Assembly: GCF_035084215.1 (NCBI RefSeq)
Contig: NC_090340.1
Span: 4,216,001 to 4,280,000, forward strand
Length of the DNA: 64,000 nucleotides
DNA from: Heptranchias perlo
Lineage: Eukaryota
Direction: 5' to 3'
The position numbers were made by a program, and so were the translations under genes. The notes beneath the pieces were generated by a model. The model saw only the letters and a list, made by a program, of their open reading frames with translations, was not told the DNA's origin and made no database searches. This document shows positions 26,801-37,879 of this stretch, piece after piece (position 1 is the first letter of the stretch; each line of letters starts with the position of its first letter).

Positions 26801-27021
26801 CACACAGCATCCTGACTTGGAAATATATCGCCGTTCCTTCATCGTCGCTGTGTCAAAATCCTGGAACTCCCTTCCTAACAGCACTGTGGGGGAACCTTCA
26901 CCACACGGACTGCAGCGGGTCAAGAAGGGTGCTCACCACCACCTTCTCAAGGGCAATTAGGGACGGGCACTGAATGTTGACCTTGCCAGCGATGCCCACA
27001 TCCCACGAATGAATAAAAAAA
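23855..27021 (+). mobile_element. Near full-length single-ORF APE-RT LINE (CR1 group, Zenon-like), decayed
   Basis: APE start NIWGLAPKLGEL..PDVAILTE at about 24212; [31 protein letters not shown]; tail gaatgaataaaaaaa; no ORF1 seen; clade label tentative. Confidence 0.85.
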
Positions 27022-27186
27022 TGCTCTTCCAACCCATCGTTGTCATTTCCCTCTGAACCTCTCTTTGTCGAGCACCCTCCTCATAAAGCCTCTTTCCCTC
27101 TATTGATCGCTTGCTCTATTTTTTCCAGCCATCCAATAGTCCCCTGCCGGGAAGTAAATTGCGTGGAGGATCTAATTATTTCGAGG

Positions 27187-27964
27187 ACTCTGCTCGAGAC
27201 CAACCGCCTTGTTCCTTTCCTCTTCCAAGTTGCCTTTTATCTTCTTGACCATTGTCAGTGCGTCAGAAAAAACACTCTGCCGTTTTGCAGATCTTTCCAC
27301 TTGTTCATCGTTGGATTGCCTCCTTTGACCTTCAGTCATCTCTTACTTGTATTGAAGAGTTATAACCGAATCAACCTGGGTTTCACAGATGATTGCAGGC
27401 TTTGGTTTTGAGAGGTCAGCACGGCAACCTTGGTGTCCAACTCTTGCACCTTCTATGCCAGCTCGTTCCTCTCTTGCTCATCTGATTGCTTTCCAAAGTC
27501 TTAATCTGTTTAGTGAGCATTTCTAGTTCAGCTTCCATCTCAACCTTCAGTGTCTCATACTGCCTACCTACAGAAGCCTTCTCATTGCACATCGGGTCCG
27601 TCTTTTCCTTCAGCGTGGACACTTGCTGCAACTTGCTCTCTCTTTCGGCTTCCAGTTCTCTCTCAAAACTAAGCACTGCGTCCTCTATAATCCTCAGGGC
27701 TTCCTCGAGGGTCTCCCTCTTCAAGCGTTGATCGAGGGCAACTTGCTAGGCCGCCCTCTCTTTACTTTGCGAGTCTTCCACCAGCTCATGCCTCACTCTT
27801 TTTCCCTCCAGATCCACGTTGAATGCGTTGACCTGTCCAGTCAGCCTTTCCTCCTCAATCTACGCAGCTTGCTCGAGCAGCTCCTTCTGGTCAACCGTCT
27901 CGTTGACTGACTGCTGGAGGCTGGCGATGGTTGTGGTTAGCTGGCTTTTCTCTTCCATGTGAAG
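27187..27964 (-). pseudogene. NUMA1: Intronless NuMA-like coiled-coil fragments captured in LTR element
   Basis: HMEEKSQLTTTIASLQQSVNETVDQKELLEQAA*IEEERLTGQV resembles recalled human NuMA HFEEEKQQLSSLITDLQSSISNLSQAKEELEQASQAHGARLTAQV; also SFERELEAERES ~ SLERSLEAERAS and KKIKGNLEEERNKA ~ KVTKGSLEEEKRRA. Confidence 0.7.
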
Positions 27965-28434
27965 TCCTTTCATGGCCTGCAGGTTGACCTCCAGGCAGAG
28001 CTCAGTTTCTTCGATGCCCTGCCGCTTGTTGGCCCGCTCCTCCAACTGGTCCTCATCTCTGCCGTGTGCTGCTCCAGCGCTCTCTTCACCTTCTCCAGCT
28101 CGTGCACGCTCTTGCCCACAACGTCCATGGCACTCATCACGTCCTCCCTCTTGGTCCGATGCTGCTTGTGGAGGCGGTCGAGCTCCTCATGTTTCTCGCA
28201 GACCTTTCTAACCAGCACTTATCCCTTCTCACTATTCGCCAATTGAGCCTGCAGGGACACCAACTGCTGCTTCTCTTTCAGCCTCTTCTCCTTCTCCTCC
28301 TGGAGCAGTGACTGGGCGTCCTTTAAGTGGGACTCCAGACTCGACACTACCTTGGCCAGCTTGATGGCTTTGGACTCGGCCCTCCTCAGAGCTCCGGTGG
28401 TTTCTTCCAGCTCAGCCTGCAATTTGAGGACCCG
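27965..28434 (-). pseudogene. Intronless non-muscle/smooth myosin II rod fragments (MYH9/10/11/14 type) captured in LTR element
   Basis: KLQAELEETTGALRRAESKAIKLAKVVSSLESHLKDAQSLLQEE and [39 protein letters not shown] match the myosin II tail motifs [28 protein letters not shown] and LEVNLQAMK. Confidence 0.88.
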
Positions 28435-28694
28435 ATGCATCCCATTTTCCTCCTGACTTACCACATAAGCACATGTCACTGATCTCCCCCTCATCCTGGA
28501 AAAAAGCCTTCTACAGGACTGTTTTGATAAGAATGGACTTCCTATACCTTTCTCTGAGACACTTTCTGGACTTCTCCATCTCTTCAGAATGGGCGCAGGT
28601 TTGTTGAAAAATTCCTGTATTCTCCTTCAGCAGCTCACTCCAAAGACTTCCGCTACAGTACCCTCTGTGAATGTGTAATTGTACTTATCTTCAA

Positions 28695-28904
28695 CTTAAT
28701 GTTGGCCAGCATCATTTCTTTACAGATTTCCCAGAACAGAAAGTGATTGGCAAAAGAACCAAAGGTGACATGAGGAAAAAACCTTTTTACACAGCAAGTG
28801 GTTAGGATCTGGAATGCACTGCCCGAAGGGGTGATGGGTGCAATATCTTGCTTATCGTACACAGCACGTTGCTTCCTGTCGCTCAGCAACGCCTGTCCTT
28901 TACC
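28695..28904 (-). pseudogene. DNAJC9: DNAJC9-like J-domain end fragment, split by a small CR1 piece (28735-28838)
   Basis: GKGQALLSDRKQRAVYDKQ vs recalled DNAJC9 GKVYSVLSDREQRAVYDEQ; after the CR1 piece, WEICKEMMLANIK ~ WRLLFKKISLEDIQ. Confidence 0.6.
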
Positions 28905-29024
28905 AGGACTCTTGCTGGGCGTCACGGATCAGGAACCAATTGGTCCTCTCTTGAGCGCACAACAATTCTTCGAGTGTTTCCTCCATACTGGGTTGGTGTC
29001 TTTCTTTTCTCTCTTAGAGACACG

Positions 29025-29042
29025 TTCCCACTTCTGACAACA
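29025..29042 (-). promoter_or_regulatory. Primer-binding site complementary to tRNA-Leu 3' end
   Basis: tgttgtcagaagtgggaa matches TGGTGTCAGAAGTGGGAT at 16/18, 2 nt after the LTR terminal CA. Confidence 0.85.
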
Positions 29043-29044
29043 TA

Positions 29045-29600
29045 TGTCACAGAGTCCTATCATCTTGTAACCTTCTTCAGATGACAAACGATAGACCTTT
29101 ACTAATTCGTAATACAAAACAATTGCCTTTTGATTCATTCCACACACAGTCACACTACGGTAACTTTGGCAACGCCCATTACACTTTAACACTCCACCGT
29201 ACTCTTGGCAACGTCCAGTACAATTTCCCACTCCATGGTACCTTTGGTAACGCCTAATACACTTTCCCAGTCCATGGTACCTTTAGCAATAGACTTTCCC
29301 AGGCCCAGGCTCTTTCAGTTGTCCGCAGCAGCCTTGAAACTGCTCTCAACTGCCTTTCTATTCATCAGCTTCTATCCAGGTCTCAGAGCCCAGGCAGCTC
29401 TAGCTACCTTCGGGCATCCTCTTCAGGGGCTCTGTTTAGGGGTGGCCCCTCTACTTCTGCCTCTCGACCTCTCCATTTTACTCTCACCTGACTGTGAAAC
29501 GTCTCCACCCACTCCAGCATTAATTGCTTCTTAAAAGTGATGTCTCTTTAAAGGGCCATACACTTATTCGGGGATCAGGGCCCTCAGTTGCACTGATACT
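29045..29600 (-). repeat. 5' LTR
   Basis: Collinear with 13729-14414; PBS directly adjacent; about 4 copies of the internal 38-bp repeat. Confidence 0.85.
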
Positions 29601-30853
29601 CCCTGTATCGATTCAACACTAATTTCACTGCTCTGGTCACTACCCATAGCCTTAATCAATCCCAAATGAATCTCACTGCCATATTCTACCCCCTTCGCCC
29701 TGTATCAATCCCAAATTAATCCCACTGTCCCGGTCTCTCCCCATAATCCTGCACCAATCCCAAAATAGCTGCACAGCCCCATTCTCTCTCCATAATCATG
29801 TACCAATCGCAAACTAATGCCACTGCCACGCTCTGTCCCTTTGGCCCTGTATCAAACCAAAACTAATGTCACGGCAATACGCATTCCCGATCGTCATACT
29901 TCAATCCCAAACCAATCCCGCAGCCCTGCACGCTCCCCTTAGCCCCGTATCAATCCAAAACTAATACCGCTACCCCGCTCTAACCGTAGCCCTATATCAA
30001 TCCCAAACCAATCCCACTGCCCCACTCCATCCCATAGCCCCGCATCAAACACGCTAAGCACACTGGCCCCGTTCCCTCCCCGTCGCCCAATATCAATCCC
30101 AAACGAAAACCAGGGTCCCATTCTACACCATAGCCCTGCGTCAATCTCAAACTAATCCTGCTGTCCCATCGATCTACTTCAATCCCAAATGAATCCCACA
30201 GCCCCGCGCCCTCTCCGAAGCCTGCATCAATCCAAAACTAATCCCAATGCCCCTCTCTCCCCACAAAGCCCTGTTTCAATCAAAAACTAATTCCACTGCC
30301 CCCTCTCTCCCCTGTTGCCATCTACCAATCCCATGTTAACGCCACTGCCCCGATCTCCCCCCAATGCACTCTATTAATCGAAAACTAATCGCCTTGCCCG
30401 GCTATCCCCCTGTATCGATTCAAAAGTAATCTCACTGTCCCGGTTTGTCCCCATAGTCTTGAATCAATCCCAACTTAATCCAATTGCCCTGTTCTCTCCC
30501 CGTAGGCCTGCATCAATCCCAAACTAATCCCAATAACCCGCTCTCTGTCCATAGTCTTGTTCCAATACCGAACTGATGCCACTTCCCCGCTATCTCTCCA
30601 CAGCTCTACATCAACCCAAAATGAATTCCACTAACCCACCCTCTCCCCATAGCCCTGAATCAATTCCAAACTAATACCACTGCCCCGCTCTCCCCATAGC
30701 CCTGTATCAATCTCAATCTATTCTCCTGCCACGCTCTCTCTCAATAGCCCTGTATCAATCCCAAACTAATCCCATTACCCCGCTGTTTCGCAAAGGCCTA
30801 TATCAATCTTAAACTTATCCCAGGTCCAGCTATTACCCCAGAGCCCTGAATCA
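29601..30853. repeat. 47-49-bp minisatellite (right half of array, about 25 degenerate copies)
   Basis: Same unit and orientation as 13290-13728. Confidence 0.9.
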
Positions 30854-30975
30854 AGGTGCATTTATATAGCACTTTTAACGTAGTAAGAAATCCGAAGGCT
30901 CTTCACATTAGCTTTATCAGACAAAATTTGACACCGAGCCAAATGAAGAGATATTAGGACAGGTAACTAAAAGCG

Positions 30976-31290
30976 CTGGGAATGTTTGATGGGGCAGTAT
31001 AGAGGAAGCTTTACTCTATAGCTAACACATGCTGTACCTGTCCTGCGAGTATTTAGTAGGACACTGCAGATGGAGCTTTACTTTGGATCCAACCTGTGCT
31101 GTACCTTCCCTGGGAGTGTTTGATGAGACGGTGTAGATGGAGGTTTACACTATTTCTAAACTATGCTGTAGTTATCCTGGATGTGTTTAATTTGATTGTG
31201 TAAATGGAGCTTTTCTCTGTATCTAACTCGTGCTGTAAGTGACGTGCTGTACGTAGGAATATTTGATGGGACAGTGTAGAGGGATCATTA
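30976..31290. repeat. 67-bp minisatellite
   Basis: Unit 'gggagtgtttgatgggacagtgtagagggagctttactctgtatctaacccgtgctgtacctgccct'; starts spaced 67 bp apart (30978, 31045, 31112). Confidence 0.85.
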
Positions 31291-31444
31291 CATAGAATGT
31301 ACAGCACAGAAACTGGTCTATACTAGTGTTTATGCTCCACACGAGCCTCTCCCGCCTCTCTTCATATAACCCTTTCCGCAGAGGCATTTATTCCTTTCTC
31401 GCTCTTGTGTATATCTAGCTTTCCCTTAAATGCATCTATGTTTT

Positions 31445-32700
31445 TTCAATAGATATGGGTGGGGAGGATAGAAGGAAGTGATCAGTGATGGCATTTTCTC
31501 TGATCAGTGATGTCATTTTCCGTGATCAGTGATGGCCGTATCTGTGTTTCACACAGTGGGAGTAAAGAGGCCATGTGCAATGGCAAGGTAGAACGGGTAG
31601 CGGTGAATACGGTTATGGAGAGAGTAAGGGAGGATTGGGGGTCAGTGAACTCAGACGAGTTGAGATGGAGGTTGGAATCATCGAGGATGAAAATTCGCTC
31701 GGTGTGGAGGCTGAGGGAGGAAAGCAATGAAGATATGTCGGTGAGAAACTTGGCGTGGTACTTGGGTGGACAGTAGAGAATGAGGATTTTAAAAGAGAGA
31801 AGGTGTCAGAATAGTAGGGGGACAGAGCAAAGTGTGATTTGGTGATAAGGGCCACACCAGCACCCCGGCGGCCTAGGCGGGGCAAATGGTGGACGCTTTA
31901 GCCAGTTGAGGATGCTTCACTAGGGGTTAAGGTATAATCACTGGTCAGCCAAGTTTCCGTCAAGGACATGATGTCAATGCAATCAATCATCTACAATAAG
32001 CTCATGGATGGCAAGGGCCTTCTTCACAAGTGGACAGACATTCTGGAGGCAGATGCGAAGAAGGGCAGTGATAGCTGATAGGCTGGCAGAGTCCAAAGAT
32101 TCAGCACTTGGACGGGTGAGTGGGAAGGAGATAGGCAAAATTAGCAGCCAGCGGGCATGCTGGGTGGGACAGTTGGTGAGAGAGGAGGATGGATAAGTTG
32201 CGGTTGCTGCTCATAAGGAGGCAGTGACGAGTGCCTCAATGGGCCCTTCGGAGGATGCCAAGCAAGGCACAGAAGGAAGTTGTCGGCTTATTTAAGAGTG
32301 AGTCAGGAAGGTCGAAGAGTGGTGAAGGGTTGGGGTGCAGAGTACCCAAGAGGCGATAAATGAAAGGAGGCATGACGACAGGAAGGAGGGGTCTTGGATG
32401 CGTAAAGAGAAAAGAAGAAAAAAGGGGAAATAGAAGCGGTGAACTCGGGTCCGGAGCTGCAGCCAAAACGGTCACGCAAATGGAAACAGGGGAAGTCAAG
32501 TTACATAGGCATGGTTATATAATAAGATTGAGATAGATATGCTATGGTAATCAACAGGGAATAGAGAAGAGACAATAGGAAGGAGTGCAAGGCTAAAGTC
32601 AAATGTCCCGTGGTGGGATAGAGTTGACGTTGATAGTTTGGAGTCAGCTTGGAGCATCGACGAACAGACGGAGATTCATGAAAGCAGGTCATAATGTTGG
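31445..32700 (-). mobile_element. L2 LINE 5'/endonuclease fragments (L2 3' end also at 30856-30975; CR1 3' end at 31290-31440)
   Basis: Minus frames contain IDIMSLTETWL, PRLGRRGAGVALITK, ILDDSNLH and a decayed SDH motif typical of L2 APE. Confidence 0.7.
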
Positions 32701-33834
32701 TATAAACACAACGGAAACATTACAATTAACGATAAATAAACAATAGAAAGAGCAGCATCTGAAAAAGAAAGCTAAGCTGAACTATTGGATGGAACACCCC
32801 ATGGGGCCATTGATGACCGATCCTATTGTGTTGTTCTACCATTTCCTAGTCTAATTTGAGATTGTCAGAACTGTCCGATTTTCCTTTATTTTCCCTCTAT
32901 ATTTAACACGGGTGGATATGGCTCGCACGGTCCAGTAAAATGTCACATACAAAATCAGCATAATTTCGCTTTTTGTTCGTTGAAATAATCCACGTTTTTT
33001 GATTGGCTTACGCTTTTTGTTCTCTTTAGTTTTCCGTCTTTGGTTATAACCTGTGCCATCCACAGCAATCTATTTTCAACCATCGCTTCCATAGTCTGTA
33101 AAATCAAAGCGTGTTTCGGTTCACTCGTGACCTGGATTGTTCAGCAGAGTGATGCATGGAACAGAGCGCGCTCCACTGTAACTAAATAAAAGATTCAACA
33201 AATATGTTATTTGAATTATGAATATATCAATATCGGTATATCATTATTGAAATTGGACAACCATTTTCTGCACAACGATTGCTGACTGTTCGGAGCGTCA
33301 CGGTGATGTGTGATAAAATGCCATTACAATCCTTTCAACTCAAATAATTCCTAGACACAGAAAAACAGTATAATTTTTATCTACACGAAGTGAGCAATTG
33401 TCTTGTGCCCACAATGTGTGCCTCAGGCACGGGTTCAATGACACACAAAGAGGTGTTTTATGGATATTGAGATCATGAGAACTAGAGAGCGCAGTGAACT
33501 CGTGCGTTGGTCCTGGAGTTTGAGTGTAGCCTGTTCTGATGGATGACTCTCCATTTCTTGGCTGGTCTAGATCTAACTCGTCGTGCTGTACTTTACAGCA
33601 TCAAATGTACAGTGGATTAAACATCGTTAGAGAAAAAATAGTAATCGAACTGAGAGAAGCCAGCGATGGGTCGGCCCGAGAGTGCGGATAATGCGCACGG
33701 TCCAGTTGTCGACTTTTTCATCAGTTGGAGCTTCAGGCATTTTATTGAAGCAAAGTAACGGTTAATCAGTCTGTATGTAACTCTACTGCACTAGACCTCA
33801 GGGTGTTAAATAAGGAAGGGTCGAGGAAGGCCTA

Positions 33835-34205
33835 CCCTGTATCTAACCAGTGCTGTGAGTGTTCGGCGGGACAATGTAGAGGAAACTTTACTCTGTATCC
33901 AATCCGTGCTCTACCTGCCCTGGGAGTGTTTGATGGGAGTGAGTAGAGGGCGATTTACTCCCTATGTAATCAGTGCTGTATCTATCCTGGGAGTACTTGT
34001 TGGGACAGTGTAGAGGGAGCTTTAATCTGTATCTAATTCGTGCGGTCCTGTGAATATTTGATGGGACAGTGTAGAGGAATATTTACTGTACATAAAACGT
34101 GATGTACCTGCTCTGGGAATATTTGATGGAAAAGCGTAGACAGAGATACGTTAGCATCCATCCTTGCTGTACTGGATTGGGAACGTTTAAAGCCGGTACT
34201 GGGAA
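33835..34205. repeat. 67-bp minisatellite, second block
   Basis: Same unit as 30976-31290. Confidence 0.85.
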
Positions 34206-34882
34206 TGATGAGGATTTGTTGATTTTGCTCAGTGCCCCCTCGTGCACATGAACATAAACATTTAGCAACAATCGAAATGTACAAAATACGGGGTAATCGT
34301 GTAAGGCACAGATTTCAAATATGCTCAGTTTTGGATCACATTCTTTTTGCACTTCAAGCATTTTCGAAAATGTACGAGAGAAACGCACCCGTTCTTCGAA
34401 GTGTTGAGATCCATCTTGGTCTCTGCGTGCGCCTAATGAAATACAACATTTAACTTTGACCGTGAATCAGGAAGTGAACCACCGAGAGCAGGGAAATCCA
34501 AATTAGTCTCAGCTAATAACGCCTCAAGCATCACAGCTCATGAAAAGTTTAGAAAATGTAATCGCAACGCCCCCTTTCGGTGAACAATCTTGAATTAAAG
34601 TTCCGGCAATGCATTTGGCCCATAACACAGGGAATTACTGATTTGAATCTACGAAAAATGCAAATATCGGTTCTCCTTAATCAATTATTTGAAAGTTCAC
34701 TTGAATGACTCTTGGACAAATCTTTTATTTCAGATCGTGCAACCAATTACAACTGTTCAACATATCCACATAATTCCTTTCCTTTAGCAGCTTTAAAGCG
34801 CCTTCCTCTGCCCGGCGTCATGTTGTTCCCTTTCTATTATTACAAATGTATCACAGTGAAACTACATAGCCGGCTCCTTAAA

Positions 34883-34994
34883 TTTACAGTTACTGAGTTG
34901 GCAACACTTCCCAATGCGGCGACGAGGGCTGAAAGTATCAATGCACCCCCTGTACATCCAGAAATCAGTAGGTAAAGGGCGATGTGTTCATTGC
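34883..34994 (-). pseudogene. Transmembrane exon of Ig-superfamily receptor pseudogene
   Basis: GNEHIALYLLISGCTGGALILSALVAA then, after a frameshift, IGKCCQLSNCK; downstream of the C1 exon on the same strand; splice sites degenerate. Confidence 0.55.
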
Positions 34995-35210
34995 CTCCAT
35001 TCATAATAATAATGTTAGTTGTACGATTTATATATTCAATGCCTCCAAAGCTGAGCATGAGGAATGAATCTGTTAAATTGGGCAAGCCGATTTACTTCTC
35101 TGTATAAAATAGAATTTTATTGATTCTTGTTTCCCCTTCAGCTGAAGCTGGAACGTAAATTTTCTGGATTACAAGTGCAAAATGTAATGTTTGGATTTAC
35201 ATTTTTCACT

Positions 35211-35747
35211 TGTAATGCATAGAAACTTCAACAATTGCAGGAGCAACAGTTGAATAATCACTGCTGTATAAGCTCCACCAACAATGAGCACTTCGATACT
35301 TTGCTTCTGAACTTTGACAAACAGACTATACTTCTGAACGTTAATAAAAAGATCTTGCTTCTGAACTTTGAAAAAAGACTTCATTTCTGAACTTCCACAA
35401 AAAGGTACCGAACCTTGACACATCATTCAACACAAGACTCGACATATCACTCCGCACATCCCTCAACAACGCACCTGTTACCGCAGAGATCGACACCCTG
35501 CTTCAAGATGGCTGCCATGATGTTGTATGGAGGTTTCATGTGTTATTTGCTTTCTTTGCTTTATGCCTACTTCTGGGAATCGGATAGAGTAATCCTAGTA
35601 TTGATTGAGTTGCTTCATGTGTATGTAATCCTTTCTAAATCATTACATAATCACTTTGATTAATGCAACTATCGGGTAAGAGTGTCTTTCTTTGTCTGAA
35701 CTATTGTCCAGGTTCACAAATCTCTCAGAAGACTCAAATTCCCCACA
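35211..35747 (+). repeat. 5' LTR of ERV-like element
   Basis: Ends 'ccccaca' just before the PBS; collinear with 40849-41327; start at TGTAAT is tentative. Confidence 0.8.
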
Positions 35748-35749
35748 AA

Positions 35750-35767
35750 TGGCGCCCGAACAGGTAT
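35750..35767 (+). promoter_or_regulatory. PBS complementary to tRNA-Lys(UUU)
   Basis: tggcgcccgaacaggtat matches TGGCGCCCGAACAGGGAC at 16/18. Confidence 0.9.
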
Positions 35768-37879
35768 CCGATATAGTTAAAAACAAGCGAACAAGTTCTT
35801 GTAAAATGACCCCGCAGAGCAAAGGCTGCACTCCTTGTCCTCCAGAGAGGTGTAGGAGGGTATAACAGGCGGGGTAAAGAATGAATGCTACAGCAACGTT
35901 TAGACAGAAAACGGTTTTTTTACGCAGGAAAGGGTGGAAGGTATAAAAAATCCTTGTCTAGCGTCAAGGCAAAAACATTTTTTTTCTGGGAAGAGGCGTT
36001 GAAGGGTTTAACAAACTTAATACTGGAACCGTTTTGATAGAAATAGAAATATTAGTTAAAGGACAAGAAATGGTGAGTGGAATGTAAAATGGAAGTAGCA
36101 GTACAAAACTACATTGAAATGAAGTTAGCAAACAGTGAGGAATGATTCCCAGTTCAGCATCATCAGGTAGACCCCTTCGAAGCACACGTGGATACATAAA
36201 ACAGCAGAGTGGCCGAAATTACAGAAAAAAGATAAAAGCCGTATGATTCCTTGCCTTCAGTAAATAAAAAGAGCGATGAGAAATAAACAGGCTGTGGCCC
36301 TGGTAGGAAAGAGAAACCGACGAGTCGTTTGTTAGACATTCTGAAAGGGAAGAGGTAGAACCAACAAGATAATAGTCCTGGAATGAAGAAGAAACCAGTG
36401 AGGCAGTTGTTAGAGTATGTCTCTCACATCTATGCGCAGAGGAGTGAGGCCAAAGTGAGTGATCTAATGAAGGATGTCTCAAAGAAGGAAAGCAGGAGAA
36501 GGGGCAATTGTTGGAGCATCTTATATTAACTTGCATTGTGCAGAGACTTATATAGAGAGAAGTCAAATATATAAGTTATTGGCACGAAATATACTGGAAT
36601 TATAGAATAATCTTGGTGGGGTAGAATTAAATAGGGATGACCTGAAGAGTGGCTTTCGACAAACGATGTAAACTCTGTATGAATTAGGGCCGATAGGCTC
36701 GCAACACGTGGTTGCAGTTTTAGTTGACGAGCCTGTGTCGTTAAAACAGACCATTGTTGCGGCTACTGCCTCCATGCTCAGTCGGCAAGACGCTCAGTTA
36801 AAGGAAGAGTTAAAGGAAACAGAAAATAAACAGAAACAGTTTGAAATAGAAGCACAGGAGAAGGAAATCCAGCAATATGGAGATGAGATTGTTGACCAAC
36901 GAGCAGAAGCAACTAGTTCAGAACCATTTAAAGTTTCTGTACAAAAGGACTGTCTCAAAAAGTGAAAAGGGAAAATGTGAGGGGTATAATGATGGCCTGG
37001 GAGTTGCAGGAGAGGGTGACAGTCGTAGTGGTTCGATAAAGTGAACTGAGAAAGAGATTAGAAATCTCAGCTGGTTCCCCACTACCCCCTTTCCATTCAC
37101 AATACCCAATTTTTCCAGCAATGGAGGAGAATGAGGAAACTTTTAAACAGGAGAGCCAATACAAGCCTGAAAAACGGTCTTTCCCACATGAGATGTTAAA
37201 TAGGTTCAAAATTGAGTTTAGCAGGAAATATTGGAGATTGAAAATGAAGCTCAGAGATAATGGATAACGCACGATTTAAATATATCTTGCTTAACTCAGT
37301 TTTGAACCGATTTAACATCTCATGTGGGAAAAACCTTTCGTTACAAGCTGGAGAATTTTTCTTTAGTTTGAGTGATTATTGTTTTACTTGTTTTAAATCA
37401 CTTCGACAATTTACAAAATAATTTTCTTAATTTGGCTACATCTTAAAAAAAACACAAAGAGAAGGACTTGGAGTTGGAGATTCCAAATTCAGCTGTCCTG
37501 TGTATGTCCGTGTGTGGGATAGACATGGTTAATTTCCTTGGAAGGTAAGACAGAAAAGCAAGCCAGTCGCTCCCAAGTTTTTCTCATATTTTGTTGGACT
37601 TGTTTGGGTTAAAAGGATAATTCTTTGAAATTTAGTGCTATTGTTGCGGTGCTTTGGTCAGTCAAGCGTATATTGTTTTAAGTTTCCTTATTTAAGTAGA
37701 TATTACCCACCGCGATAGAAGGAAATCTGATGCATCAGGGAGAAAAAGTGTAAGGTGGCCAATCAAAACCACCACGAAGGTCCAATAAAAGCACGAGTGT
37801 TGCCTGACACTCGCGGGACATATGAAAATAGATCCAGTTGAGGAGAGAATGGACAAAAAAAGACAGGACGTAGTGTATA

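Larger units (their letters stand above)
13729..29600 (-). mobile_element. Non-autonomous (pol-less) Gypsy-type LTR element carrying host-gene fragments, interrupted by nested LINEs
   Basis: Two homologous LTRs (13729-14414, 29045-29600), tRNA-Leu PBS, PPT, approximate 4-bp TSD ctct/ccct, and the same minisatellite on both flanks. Own internal segments: 14415-14898, 17982-18926, 27022-29044. Confidence 0.85.

Noticed and set aside
32850-33620. Possible decayed cytoplasmic exons of the Ig pseudogene (VQHDELDL..RTGYTQ; NYADFV)
   Set aside because: Motifs too degenerate and no convincing splice sites
13290-34205. Regular tandem arrays (47-49, 37 and 67 bp) as CRISPR-like loci
   Set aside because: Head-to-tail units with no unique spacers, no cas genes, eukaryotic context
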